DNA from: Takakia lepidozioides
Lineage: Eukaryota > Plantae > Bryophyta
Length of the DNA stretch: 64,000 bases
Direction: 5' to 3'
Assembly (NCBI GenBank): GCA_030704615.1
Contig: CM060734.1
Span: 22,258,001-22,322,000, forward strand
The position numbers were made by a program, and so were the translations under genes. Positions 48,901 through 61,350 of the stretch are shown one piece after another. Within the stretch, counting starts at the first letter, position 1, and every line of letters starts with the position of its first letter. Below the pieces are notes generated by a model. That model searched no databases and was not told the origin of the DNA. It worked only from the letters and a program-made list of their open reading frames with translations.

Positions 48901-51220
48901 TGTTGTTTATGTGCTTTGTGCAACTGGTCCTGCGCGAGGCCTGCTTCAATCAAATGTTCCTTGGCCAACTGCAAATCAGCTTTTGTATCCTCTAACTCTT
49001 GCTGTAACTTGAGATTGACCTCCTCATCGACCTTGTTTGCACACTCAGTGGCAAGTCGAGCCTCAAACTCCTTCCTGAGTTCCTCCCTCAAAGCTGCCAA
49101 TTGGGTAGATGGAACATGGGATTTCACATAAGTGCCCAACAAATTAAGTGTCCTGCTTATGGAACTCATAAGCATGGCCTGCTGAGGGTCATCATGGTGA
49201 GCTTGCTGCTGTTTTCCCTGATCCTCAACACTGTGATGCCTCACGAACCACTCAGGCCATTGCCCCGCCAGATTTTCTTCCTGAACCACCTCATCCGCCT
49301 CAGGTGCTGCAGTGTCTTGATATTCTACCCCTGGTACCTCCGTCACAGGTGTGGGCATTACATGCACAGCAGGGTTTCCTCTGGACAACCGCTGCACCTC
49401 TGGAATCACTGCTTCCCTTACCAAGCCAGAATTTTCATAGAGAAGGTCACCCTTCTCAATTTCGGCCCCGACCTGCTCTGTAGTGGGAATGTCCAACCTT
49501 TCTCCTTCCAGAACAATTGGGGGTGATGCCACAGCATATACTAACTGTGGAACCTCTAAAACAATAGAGTCAATTGGTTGTGGTGGCCGTGACATCGAAG
49601 TGACTTCCTCTTCCCTCTCTGAAAGCCCTGCTTCCAATAATAGCAGCTCTTTGTGCTGCTGTGCCCCATCTTGCACAAGAGCTTGGGAAACATTATCGTG
49701 CGGTTTCCGTGAAGCCAGTGGATCCGCCACTACAGTCTTACCCCGCCTCTATCTCTTAGACTGGTGTTGCGCTGCCAGTCCACCCTCACTGTGTGAAGAG
49801 CCTTGCTCTTCAATTGCAGTGGTTTCTGCCTCAAACACTCCCATCTCCTTACGTTCCCGAGTATCAAGTATGCAAGAATCAAGAATTATTTGGGCAATGA
49901 CTGGACCAGACACAATGATCGGAGACTTAGCAACAGTTCCCTCTAACCTCTTCATTTTGTCCACCAATCCGTTGTACATTAACTGAAATCATCCAAGAAC
50001 ACCTGCATGAAATCATCCAGATACTCATGAAAAGATTCACTTATCACTCTCTGAAAGGTTGTTGGTGCATTACAAAGTCCAAAAGGCATGACTTTGTATG
50101 CATAAGCACCCTAGTCTGTAATGAAAGCTGTCTTTCCCTGGTCTTCTTCTACCACTTGCACTTGATTATAACCACTGAAGCCATCCATGAATGAGTACAT
50201 CTCATGGCCTGCCACAGTGTCCAATACCGCTTCTGTGAATGGCAAAGGGAAAGGATCTTTCTTCGTACAAGCATTCAACTTCTTATAGTTCACACAAACT
50301 CTCAGTTTACCATTCTTCTTGGGAACTATCAAAATGGGTGACAACCAAGTTGTATACTCTATCGGGTATATAAACTTAGCCTCAGCCAACTTCTTGATCT
50401 CTTCTCCAACCTTCTGTGCATAGTTGGGATTCATTCTGTACTTTGCCTGTTTGATTGGTACTGACCTTGGTTCCAGTTCAATCTTATGCTGATAGATCTC
50501 AGGTGGTATCCCTTTCAGATCCTCGTAGCTCCAAGCAAATACATCTCTGTATTTGATGAATAGACTCTTAGCTTCCTCAAAGAATTCTGGCTCCAAATCA
50601 GCCCCACCTTCACCATCCTCGGTTCCCCTTCAGTTCCCACATTCACTTCTCTCACCTGCTCATCAGCTGTGATTGTCCATCCAGTCACCACTTCATCCTG
50701 TAAACTCACAGTGGCTGGTTCATCTAGGATTTCCATTTCTTCCTCTCTTTCTTAATAGAAATGTGGTGGATAATTGCTTGTTTCACCCTCAATTGCTGTT
50801 GTTGTCACTACACCACAGCAGATACCTTTTAAACAACTTAGGCCTTCCAGTTGCATCTCTGCAACCTGCTCCCACTCTGGGTGTGCAGCGAACAGGGTAG
50901 TTTTCTGCTCCTCATCAAGTCCTCCCCTCCAGTCATACTCCCTGACCCCTCGAGGTCTTCTCGTAGTAGGTAGTCTACTAGATTTCTTAGTGGTGATTTG
51001 TATCTTGTACATCCCATCATGCACAGTTAATAACTGGGAATTCCAGTCATGGAATACCCTGGCCTGTTTCAGCCACGGTCGACATTTCTTTGATCTGCCA
51101 TTGTTACTGTAAATGGGGCTGGTTTCATGTTACTTAGACCAAGCTTCTGCCTTAATTGGTCTATCATGATATTCACTCCAGAGCCTCCATCTATCAGTAC
51201 ATTAGTTAGTTCTGTGCTTC
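45980..51220 (-). mobile_element. Ty3 LTR retrotransposon, internally deleted: protease/RT fragment (~51220-49985), extra coiled-coil ORF (49980-46860), PPT and 3' LTR (46831-45980)
   Basis: VLIDGGSGVNI protease; TWLSPILIVPKKNGKLRVCV, MDGFSGYNQ; PPT GAGAGAGGGAGGGG then TGTT...GACA; homologous to 57200-62003. Confidence 0.9.
46860..49980 (-). pseudogene. Retrotransposon accessory 3' ORF (long coiled-coil protein), 5'-truncated
   Basis: ORFs 49749-49979, 48135-49730, 47596-47943 and 46927-47553 are colinear with and highly similar to 57879-60955. Confidence 0.85.
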
Positions 51221-51222
51221 CT

Positions 51223-51586
51223 AGAGTAATATGAGATCAATCGAAATTCGTTCAATGGGCCGACGGATGGTTGCCCATCCAAATGATTTTCGTTTGCTTT
51301 GAGACTTGGCCAGTGTGTTCAATGTACCCTCTGATAGGTCCCTGTATAATATGAGATCAATCGAAATTCGTTCAATGGGCCAATGAGGCGTTCAGTTGTC
51401 ATCTGGTTTTTGTTCATTGCGAAAAAAGAAATCCTGCAATGCGTGCACGGCTATTGCACCCATTGAACGGATGTGGTTGAAGCCCCTCTTTTGCCCGCAT
51501 GTGCTTGAACATGTGTGCGATACAACAAACGAATAAATCATTTGCCTCCCCATCGACACCAAGCCATTCCATAATGTAATTGAATT
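51223..51586 (-). repeat. Dispersed 0.36-kb piece of the 1-kb tandem repeat unit
   Basis: Near-identical to e.g. 5423-5790. Confidence 0.95.
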
Positions 51587-54300
51587 ACCAGATGTCATTA
51601 TGAACACTGCCCCGGTGGACATGTATGCCAAATGTGGGTGCATTGAGGATGCGAAGGGAGTTTTTAACACTATGGATGAACAAGATGTGGTGTCGTGGCA
51701 CGCGATGCTTGCACGGTATGCACAGCAGTGACGTGGGATGGTGGCTTTGGAGACCTATGATCAAATGATGTGGGAAGGGGTAAAGCCCCACCACATCACG
51801 TCTGTGTGCATTTGCAATGCCTGTGCAAGCCTAGCAGCCTTGGAAAAGGGCAAAGAGGTGCATGGTTGCATCGCGAAAGCTGGAATTGTACCAGATGTGA
51901 TTCTGAACAATACCCTCGTGGACATGTATGCCAATTGTGGGAGCATTGAGGATGCGGAGGGAGTGTTCAACAATGTGGCTGAACAAGATGTGGTGTCATG
52001 GAATGCCATGCTTGCAGGATATGCACAACAGGGGCGCGGGATGGAGGCATTTCCAAATGTAGGAGGCATTTCAACAGATTCGGATACGTTTTTCTGTCTC
52101 TTGCTTAAGTGCATCAAGATGAAAGGTTTGGAAGCTGGAAAGCATGTGCACACTCATATTATCCAAAGTGGATTCACGCCAAGTGTTTTTCTCCTCATGT
52201 GGAATATAATGTTGGTTGGATTTACCAAGCATGGGTGTGGTAGGAATGCTTTGGAGACCTATGAGCAAATGCTGCACGAAGGGGTGAAGCCCAACCACAT
52301 CACATCTGTTTGTGTTTGCAATGCGTGTGCAAGCCTGGGAGCTCTGGAAATGGGGGAAAGAGGTCCATGGTGACATCGTCAAAGCTGGAATTGTACCAGA
52401 TGTCATTCTGAACACTGCCCTGGTGGACATGTATGCCAAATATGGGTGCATTGAGGATGCGAAGGGAGTTTTCAACGCTATGGCTGAACAAGATGTGGCG
52501 TCGTGGCACGCGATGCTTGCAGGGTATGCACAACAGGGAAGTGGGATGGTGGCTTTGGAGACCTATGATCAAATGATGGGGGAAAGGGTGAGGCCCAACC
52601 ACATCACGTTTGTGTGCATTTGCAATGCATGTGCAAGCCTGGTAGTTCTGGAAAAGGGCAAAGATGTGCATGGTTGCATCATGAAAGCTGGAATTGTACC
52701 AGATGTCATTCTGAACAACACCCTTGTGGACATGTATGCCAAATGTAGGAGGCATTTCAGCAGATTCAGATACGTTTGTCGGGTGAAAGCATCCTAATGT
52801 GTATCACTGACACTCCTAAAAATGACTAAATTTTGACTGCTTGCCCGTTACGCCGCGGTGCGTGGACATGAACTATTGCGATGAAAACGTGATGAAATTG
52901 ACAAATGATAGTGGGCACCTCGAACCCATCCATCGGATGCTCGTACACCCTCTTGTACACCTCCAATTTTGAGTTTATGATACTAACTCAACTTCCGTTT
53001 GTCACCATTTGTTTTCCCCTCATCGCATCCAGGCCGAGTTTGGTGTGTTTGATGCCTACTTCAGTGTTGTAGATGCTCTTATAATTTTTTTGATTTCTTT
53101 TTATATATTTTTAATTTTAAAACAATTTGCAATGAAGGATTGTTTGTAAGAACTCCTTTTGGCCTCAAATTCAAAATTGGAGGACCTTGTAGCCATTTCA
53201 AGGACATGGCCATCTCCCTTTTCAGCAGCTAAACACTTTTGGTGAAAGAACTATGTTCAAATTTTGAGGTCTAGTAGTACCAAAGTTTGGTGCCCCTAAA
53301 TTATGCATACCGCATAGTAGAAAATTCCTATGAGAATGGGTTTTTCTGGTTTTGCAGGTCTGCTGTCCTTTTTGAATTCTTCCATACCTTACATAAGCAC
53401 CTAAAAAACCCTGATAGGACCTTCACATGTTTTGGTGTGAAAATTGAGTCCTAAAGGACTACAACACTTTGATACATTTGAACCTTGTGCTATTCAAGAC
53501 TCCTTTAGGACCCCTTAAACTTGTCCAATCACAAAAAAAATTATGTGACAAGAACTTCAAGGGCTTTCCAATGATATAATAGGTATATGGTTTCATGCTG
53601 AACTCAATATCCTAAATTTGGATCGATTGCGCCATATGTGCTGGAAAACAGAATGTGACATCTTTTTTGGGTCCTATTAGTGTGCTTTGACCCTGTCTTC
53701 TCTTGCTTAAGTGCATCAAGATGAAAGGTCTAGAAGCTAGAAAACATATGCACATTCACATTATCCAAAGTGGATTCACGCAAAGGATGCAAAGGGAGTT
53801 TTCAACACTATGGCTGAACAAGATGTGGTGCCGTGGCACGCGATGCTTGCAGGGTATGCACAGCAGGGACGTGGGATGGTGGCTTTGGAGACCTATGATC
53901 AAATGATGGGGGAAGGGGTGAAGCCCAACCACATCACGTTTGTGTGCATTTGCAATGCATGTGCAAGCCTGGCAGCCCTAGAAAATGACAAAGAGGTGCA
54001 TGGTTGCATCGTGAAAGCTGGAATTGTATCAGATGTCATTCTAAACAATACCCTCGTGGAGATGTATGCCAAATGTGGGTGCATTGAGGATGCGGAGGGA
54101 GTGTTCAACGATATGGCTGAACAAGATGTGGTGTCATGGAACACCATGCTTGCAAGATATGCACAGCAGGCGCAGGATGGAGGTCTTGGAGACCTATGAG
54201 CTAATGATGGTGGAAGGGGTGAAGATTGTGAATGGGTGACGCCTGATAGGTTAACCTCATGTGTATTCTGATGCCTGTGCCAGTCTTTGAGCACTGAAAA
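51587..54300 (+). pseudogene. PLS-class pentatricopeptide repeat (PPR) gene fragments, internally duplicated, with stops and frameshifts
   Basis: NTLVDMYAKCGCIEDAEGVFN.MAEQDVVSWNAMLAGYAQQG..ALETYDQM..EGVKPNHITFVCICNACASLAALEKGKEVHG repeated about 4 times. Confidence 0.93.
52781..53693. mobile_element. Non-autonomous TIR element (913 bp) inserted in the PPR sequence
   Basis: TIR GGGTGAAAGCATCCTAAT versus (rc) GGGTCAAAGCACACTAAT; flanked by TGTC on both sides; PPR text DTF..CLLLKCIKMKGLE resumes after it. Confidence 0.8.
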
Positions 54301-57221
54301 AGTGCAGACGGATCTGTATGTATTTGTAGTGATGGGACTTTGTTTATATCTTTTCCTACACAAACCCCACCTGGTATCTTGTACAACCATAGTTGAGAGT
54401 CTTGATGCTCCCATTGCCAATGTAGCATGAGTGATTGTGAAGACTGGTCTAAAAGTTGGTACGTGGGAAGCTCAGGGCCAGCAATTCATGTGAAGTTCCC
54501 TTTAAACCCACTGTGTAAGACCAGGGAGTAGTTGAGCAGCTCAGTCTGAACCCTTTCCCAGTGCCAGCAAATTGTAGGGAGATGACATCCATATGATCTT
54601 GTGCCAGTGTGGACATAAACATTTGACATATGGAAAGATGAAAATTGTTTACAATCGTTTTAGACACTCTCGTCTTGTTTCAGAGTTGAACATAAAATCA
54701 ATGTTCTCAGAGACGTTGTAAAATTCGTGTTCGATTCCATCAATACAGACTCTCTTTTTCAGTAACCACGCCATCTCTTATAAGCCTATACGTTCTGATG
54801 TGAGGTTCTCTAGTTTTATGACAGGAACAAAACAATTGTGAGCAGGAAGTGAAGGGCCATCTCCAATTTCACATTCCTCAATCAGCATAGTTGGGCCTGA
54901 ATCAAACATCAATGGACTAGGCCTTTCGTCTTCACTGGGTGTTGCTGCTAAGAAACTAACCGATTGTGAGAGGTCCCTAATCGAATGATGCATCCAGGTA
55001 CATTTTGTATTATGCATTTACGGCAAGAGAAAATATCTTTGTTATACAGTAAGATTTCATTGATTCTGGTCCCTTAGGTCAACACCTAATCCTTGGATAG
55101 TAGGTCCCTAGATTACTGGCCAGGAAGTGGCAATAAGTTTATTTGTGCTGGGGACTAGTGAATTGAGATATGATCCAAGCCCAGAATTACCACCTTTGTT
55201 GTGACATCTATCTCCTTCATTAATAGGCTATTTGGATGCAGTAGCTGGGACTCATAGCATTTGGCTCCTACCATACCCATGGTTGTCCGCTGCCTCTTGA
55301 AAGCTCTTCTGGTTGCATCATGCTCTACTTCTACCGACATGTCTGCTAGATAGACGGTTGGACCACCAAAAGAAAGCTGGTCAGGAGATATTGGTGGGTC
55401 CACAGCCAGTCCAAATTTCTGACAGTGCACCACACTCATGTCTTCGTATGAAAGGATTTCAAAACTATCCTGAAAGCTCATTCCTGAGCTCGCATAGATT
55501 TCTGCAAGCTTTTCAGACACATGGGAAGTGGCAGTAGTACACTTTTTAGAATTTTCTGATATTGAGTGTCATCGGTGGAAACTTATGTGGGGTGGGGTAA
55601 TGGTTCAGGCAGCAAATTGTCCGCTGAACATGCGATTGTGAAGTTGTCAAGACTGATTATATCAATATCAATATCAACATCATTATCATTATCAAGACAA
55701 ATGATTTTTTATCAAAAATATTTATTTTTAGCAAGCCGAATGTTTTTTCACAAAAACAATTGTTTCTATAAACAAACTGCTAATGAGAGGAGACGGATAA
55801 ATTTATACATTAAATAAAGACAATGCTGAACGACGGAACAAATATGCATTAAATAAAAAAACAACTGCGTGCTTATTCACCTTGTAGAATTAGAATTCGT
55901 TTGATATGACATAAGCTATGAAAGCTATGACCATTGCTAAGTAGAAGACTTCATACATCTTCGTTACTAATCACGTGTTGTGAGTTTCTTTTCTTCTTCA
56001 CCAAGTGAAGAACCATAGGTGCAGGAATGGGAACAATGGGTTGGCTAATATATGCACTCTTGTTCAATGCACACTGTCGATCATCATTTGTTTTTTTTAT
56101 CACAGAGTATATCTGTGTCTGCTCAAGCATATCTCGAGAAAAAGTAAATGCTTGTTGTATCAAGCATTCTGCAGTATACTGATGCTCTCTGCATGGAGCA
56201 CAGCGACTTCCCGCACGGGGATTCTAACCTTAAACCTTTTGTCATTTTCACCTTACCCCGCTGCAACATTCCTCGTAGAGAGAGAAAAGTCAGAAGCAGT
56301 GAAGGGGTAAAAGGTGAGTTGTAGAGCAGTGGTTGCTGCTCCCCTCACATGAGTGAAGGGCGTCAGGCACAGGAAAACCCATAAGGGCCTGTGACCTCTT
56401 CAGATAGAATGATACGTTGTTCCAGAGTATGGTCCTCTGAGGTTCAGAATGGATCCAATCGTTTCTTAGGTCAAGAATTTCATCATGAGCTCTGCGAAAT
56501 CCATGAGAGGTCCCTGCGAGTCATGAACCAAGTTAGAATGTAGTTAGAAATGGTGCATCTATTTCATGGGTAGGGTCCTCGGGTATCCAATCTTTTCTGT
56601 TGTTACGGGAGCCAAGAATTAGGACTCCCAGAAGCATCCTATTTAGGAGCATGTCCGAGCTCGAGTCGAGGCCCCAACATGTTACAATGAGCTGTGCACA
56701 TCCATAAGAGGTCCCTGCAAGCCATGTCAAGTAGGGAAGAACCAAAGTCCTTCCAAGGCTATTTTTAGAGTAGAATCATCAATTTGCACCGCACATATCT
56801 CTCTTACATCATCTAGGGGATTTGAACCCAGTTCGGTAGGGGAAAATGACGGTTTTGAAGTATTTTTTATCTGGGAACTCCAACTCTCTCCGAAGAGGGC
56901 GAACTGGGTGATTTTGAAACATTTTTTTGGCTTTTGCTTTTATTTCCTCCTCTCTCCCGGAAGACTCGAACTCTCTCCGAGGAGGAAGAGCCTGAGGGGA
57001 ATTATTCTTATCTTTACTCAAGGGAATCGTTGACTCCAAGGGATATCACGGATACCCTAGTAGGGGGATTTTACGAACCAGAGATCCTGGATTCTCTTAC
57101 ACTCGGGACGAGTGTTCCCCATTGGTCGTCATATATGTAGAGGCATAGTGCAAGAGGCGGCGTCGTTCTGAGTAACGGGCGTCTCGACAGGACAAACCAT
57201 CAATGCGATAGCTTTGAAGCT

Positions 57222-60200
57222 ATGGAGGAACTAACAGACTATACACTTGCAATACTACTTACGCAGTGGCATAGGGACGAAACAACAGAGCGGATCTTTT
57301 CTCTTGAGCGATGCTTGCAAGCCCCACAGGCTTACAAGAAATTACCCATAGCTTTTTGTGGCAACCATACGTTTATGCTTTGTGCACTACAGGCATTTCT
57401 GCAGTTGTTACAGCCAAAACATTTTTGTGGGTCTAAAATGAAGAGAGTGAGAGGAATGGAGGAAATCAGGGTGAAGAGCACCACAATTCTGCAGAAACAA
57501 ACGATTGCTACCCCACAGGCGATACAGATACTGAAGGAGCTGAGATTGCAAGGATTGCAAAGCATAGATTGGACATTGCACCATCGACAGTACATGTTAC
57601 AATTCTTGCAGAACTTTGAGCCAAGGACAGGAACAACAACGGTGAAGGGAGTTGAATTAGTAATTACTCCCCTATACCTCCAGCAATTGTTTCGATTGCC
57701 AGCAGGTCAGGTGCATGTGGAGGAGCACAGGGCAAGACTGCAAATAGGGGACTTATTCCAAGAAGGGAGTTTCTTTAAAACTCAGGGTTATGCTTGTACC
57801 AAGGCCGTGTACCCAGGGCTAAAGGAGGTAGGCCAGGTATTGAACGTTCTGATTGCCATGAAATAGAACCAACAGTATTTGAGCAGATCCTTCACGGAGG
57901 AAATACTCAAAGCCCTGAAAGGACAAGAGGTAGAATGGGCGGACATAATGTACAACGCACTGGTAGAGGAGATGAAAAGATTACAAGGTACTACCGCAAA
58001 GTCTCCTATCATAGTGTCTGGCCCAATCATTGCTCAAATAATTCTTGATTCTGGCATACTTGATGCGCAAGAAAGAAAGGAGATAGGAGTGTTTGAGCCA
58101 GAAACCACTGCAATGGAAGAGCAAGGCTCTTCACACAGTGAGGGTGGACTAGCAGGGCAACCCGAGACTAAGAGGCAGAGACGGGGAAAGACTGTAGTGG
58201 CGGATCCACTGGCTTCACGGATTCCGCATGATAATGTTTCCCAAGCTCATGTGCAGGAAGGGGCACAGCAGCACAGAGAACTGCTATTACTGGAAGCAGG
58301 ACCTTCAGAGAGGGAGGAGGAAGTTACTTCAGTATCACAACCATCACAGCCAGCTGATCGGCTTGTCACAAGGTTACAAGTTGTCCATGCAGCTCAACCA
58401 GAAATAATTGATTTGGAAAAAGAAGGGTTAGATATTCCAACTACAGAACAGATAGTGGCAAAAATTGAGAAGGGGGACCTTCTCTATGAATATTCTGGTC
58501 TGGTCAAGGAGATAGAGATTCCAGAGGTGCAACAGTTGCCCAAGGGAAATCCTGAGGTACATATAATGTCAAGACACTGCAGCACCGGTGATGGATGAAG
58601 TGGTTCAGGAAGAAAATCCGGTGGGACAATGGCCTGAGTGGTTCGTGAGACATCACACGGTTGAGGATCAGGAGGAACAGCAGCAACCTCACCATGATGA
58701 CCCTCAACAGGCAATGCTGATGAGTTCCATAGGCATGACACTTAATTTGTTGGGGACTTATGTCAAATCCCATGTTCCAACTACCCAATTGACAGCCTTG
58801 AGAGAGGAACTCAGGAAGGAGTTTGAGGCTCGACTAGCCACTGAGTGTGCAAACAAGGTCGATGAGGAGGTCACTCTCAAGATGCAGCAGGACTTGCAAA
58901 ATACAGAAGCGGCTTTGCAATTGGCCAAGGAACAATTGATTGAGGCAGGCCTCGCGCAAGACCAGTTGCACGAAGCACATAAGCAACAGCTATACCAAAT
59001 GCAGGTGCAGCATGAAAGCAAGTTGCAAGAAGTGAATGCACTACATACGGAGTTGCAGACAGTGCATGACAGGATGGCGATACAATGTGCTACATTCACA
59101 ACTATGCTTGACCAATCTACAAAAGAAATAAACAGTCAAGCGGAAAAATGTACGAAGGCAGAAGAAGAGAATGTTGAGCAAATGAAACTCATTGTCGATA
59201 TGAAGAATACAATCTATCGCAATGAGGATACTTTCAAGCAATACAGGCAGGTTGAAGCTGACCAAGAGAAGCACATCCTGGAGTTGCAACAAACGGTCAT
59301 GGCCAATAGAAATGAAATCTCAGTCACTAACAAGGCTCGGAAGGAAGCCAATAATCTGCTTGCTGCTTATGCGAATTTGGTTGAACCTCATGCGAAGCGC
59401 ATGGAGGCTTTACAACAGCAGTTAGAAGTGTACAAACTAAGAGAGGAGCACACTCTCAGGGGAACCACAAGCAACTTGGTGGATAATAGCCTTATGCAGG
59501 TCTGGTTAGCACAAGGGCCAGTGGAGGGCAAAGCACCACGAAAGCTCACCCAAAGCGAGATGAATGAGCTCAGACTGCAAGTGCAGAACATTGCCACAAC
59601 TACTATAGACAATGTCTATAGTAGGATAGCAGAGTTACAGGAGGATGTAGATGGACTGCAGACTCAAGTGGAGGACCTCACTTCAAATATCGACAAAAGA
59701 GCCTATATCCCTCAGGAACAGCTAATGGCTTCTTATTTGCAAGTCAAAACTTTGGTTTTTCAGTCTTCACAGGAAGTGCAAGAGATGACAATGATACAAG
59801 AGCTAGTACCACCAACACCACAACAAGTCAGTGTACCAGTAGCTGAACCTGTTGTTACTACAACCACACCACAGCCACCACCGCCTGAGGTATGGGGCAA
59901 TGCTGCTTTTAACCCACCTAAAACTCCAGCTGCAAGGGAGTACAGTAGGGCTATGATTATGCCCTTCAACTCAAATTCCCATCATGTTGGATTTGGCTTG
60001 GAAAGAATTTAGTCCTCCGCAGTCATTCGCACATTACTACCAAATCATGCGCATTTGGCTGCCAGTGGCAACTAGGACTAAAGTTCTTCTGAACAATCGA
60101 CATATTGAGGATCATCACTTTGCACAGTACTGGCATGAGGTAGGTACCATGTTGAGGGAATTAATTGCTTTCCAAGTTGTACATGGATTCATTTATACCA

Positions 60201-60955
60201 AGACCAAGGAGGTAGCAAGTATTGTCATGGGATGCGGGCTATACTACGCTGCTTGTTTTCTGGTACGTTATCACATTGAGCAACACAAGATGCAATCGCG
60301 CTTTCTGAGTTATTCCAGTGGGGATCATTGGGTCTTACCTTCAGTGCCACCTCATATGTACCTATATGAGGCAAAAGTTATGATGCAAAATGATTCTCAA
60401 ATTCGTTCATGGTTTCAAGCAACCTGGAACAATTTGTTAATACAGAAATTCGGCATTGATGATATTTTCTATAAGGGACATGTGGCATGGAAATACTTGC
60501 ACGGTGCACAAGTAATTGGTACCCCACTCACCTGGACAGACAAGGAGCTCAGTGTCTTCACCAATTTTGCTGTTCAGCGGTTACAGCAAGTTGTAAAATA
60601 TAAACTTCCAGACATGGTAGGACAACATTGTATGCCCCAGAGGATTCCACAAAAAGTTCGACAATTAAAACACCTGAGAGGCGAGGAGGATTCTGATACA
60701 ACTGTTTCTTCAACGGATTCTTTTGACATGGGAGAAGACTATGCAATTCAGATGGCAGAGAAGAAGCGACGGGGGTCTCCTATGCCTGAAAGGTTACCTC
60801 GATATCAGCCTCCAGAGGGCCTCACTTATCCGGGTAGTGTTCAAACATCTCCGTCAACCAGTGACAGACCTCGGGCTCGTACACACAGTCCGCCACGAAA
60901 CTCTCAACGTCAGAAAGGTGCTCACTCACAAAGGTTTGCTAATCGCAATCAGTAA
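57222..60955 (+). pseudogene. Retrotransposon accessory ORF, roughly 1150-1250 aa when joined: N-terminal domain, acidic linker, long coiled coil, aromatic-rich C-terminal domain
   Basis: Consecutive ORFs 57222-57866, 57879-58598, 58588-60012 and 59984-60955, separated by one stop and two frameshifts. Confidence 0.8.
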
Positions 60956-61114
60956 ACCGTGAGGACACGGCTTTTTGAGAGGGGAAGGGGTAACGTTAGA
61001 GGACTATTTGGGACTCAGACACTTATACGGGATCTGTAGGGTACCCTTAATTTTGCACAGACTGAGACCAACAAGAGCCTTAGGGGTGACAGCAGCGCAC
61101 TGTAGAGGGGGGTT

Positions 61115-61350
61115 ACACAGTCCGTCACAGTCCAACACAGCCCGTCACAGTCGTCATAGCCGACACAGCCAGACACAGTCAGCACAGCTCGTCACAGCCC
61201 GACACAGCCATCACAGCCAACACAGCCCGTCACAGTCGACACAGCCACACAGCCAGTCACAGCCCGACACAGCCAAACACAGTCGCACAGCCAGTCACAG
61301 CCCGTCACAGTTTCACACAGCCAGTCACAGCTTGACACAGCTGTCACGAC
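61115..61350 (+). repeat. CACAG(C/T)C simple repeat inside the LTR (shorter counterpart at 46605-46710)
   Basis: Many CACAGCC/CACAGTC units. Confidence 0.9.

Noticed and set aside
54420-56560. Degenerate coding-like minus-strand ORFs
   Set aside because: No recognisable motif or boundary; they cannot be assigned without a homology search.
56601-57189. Possible solo LTR (TGTTAC...CGACA)
   Set aside because: No target-site duplication and no second copy in the window.
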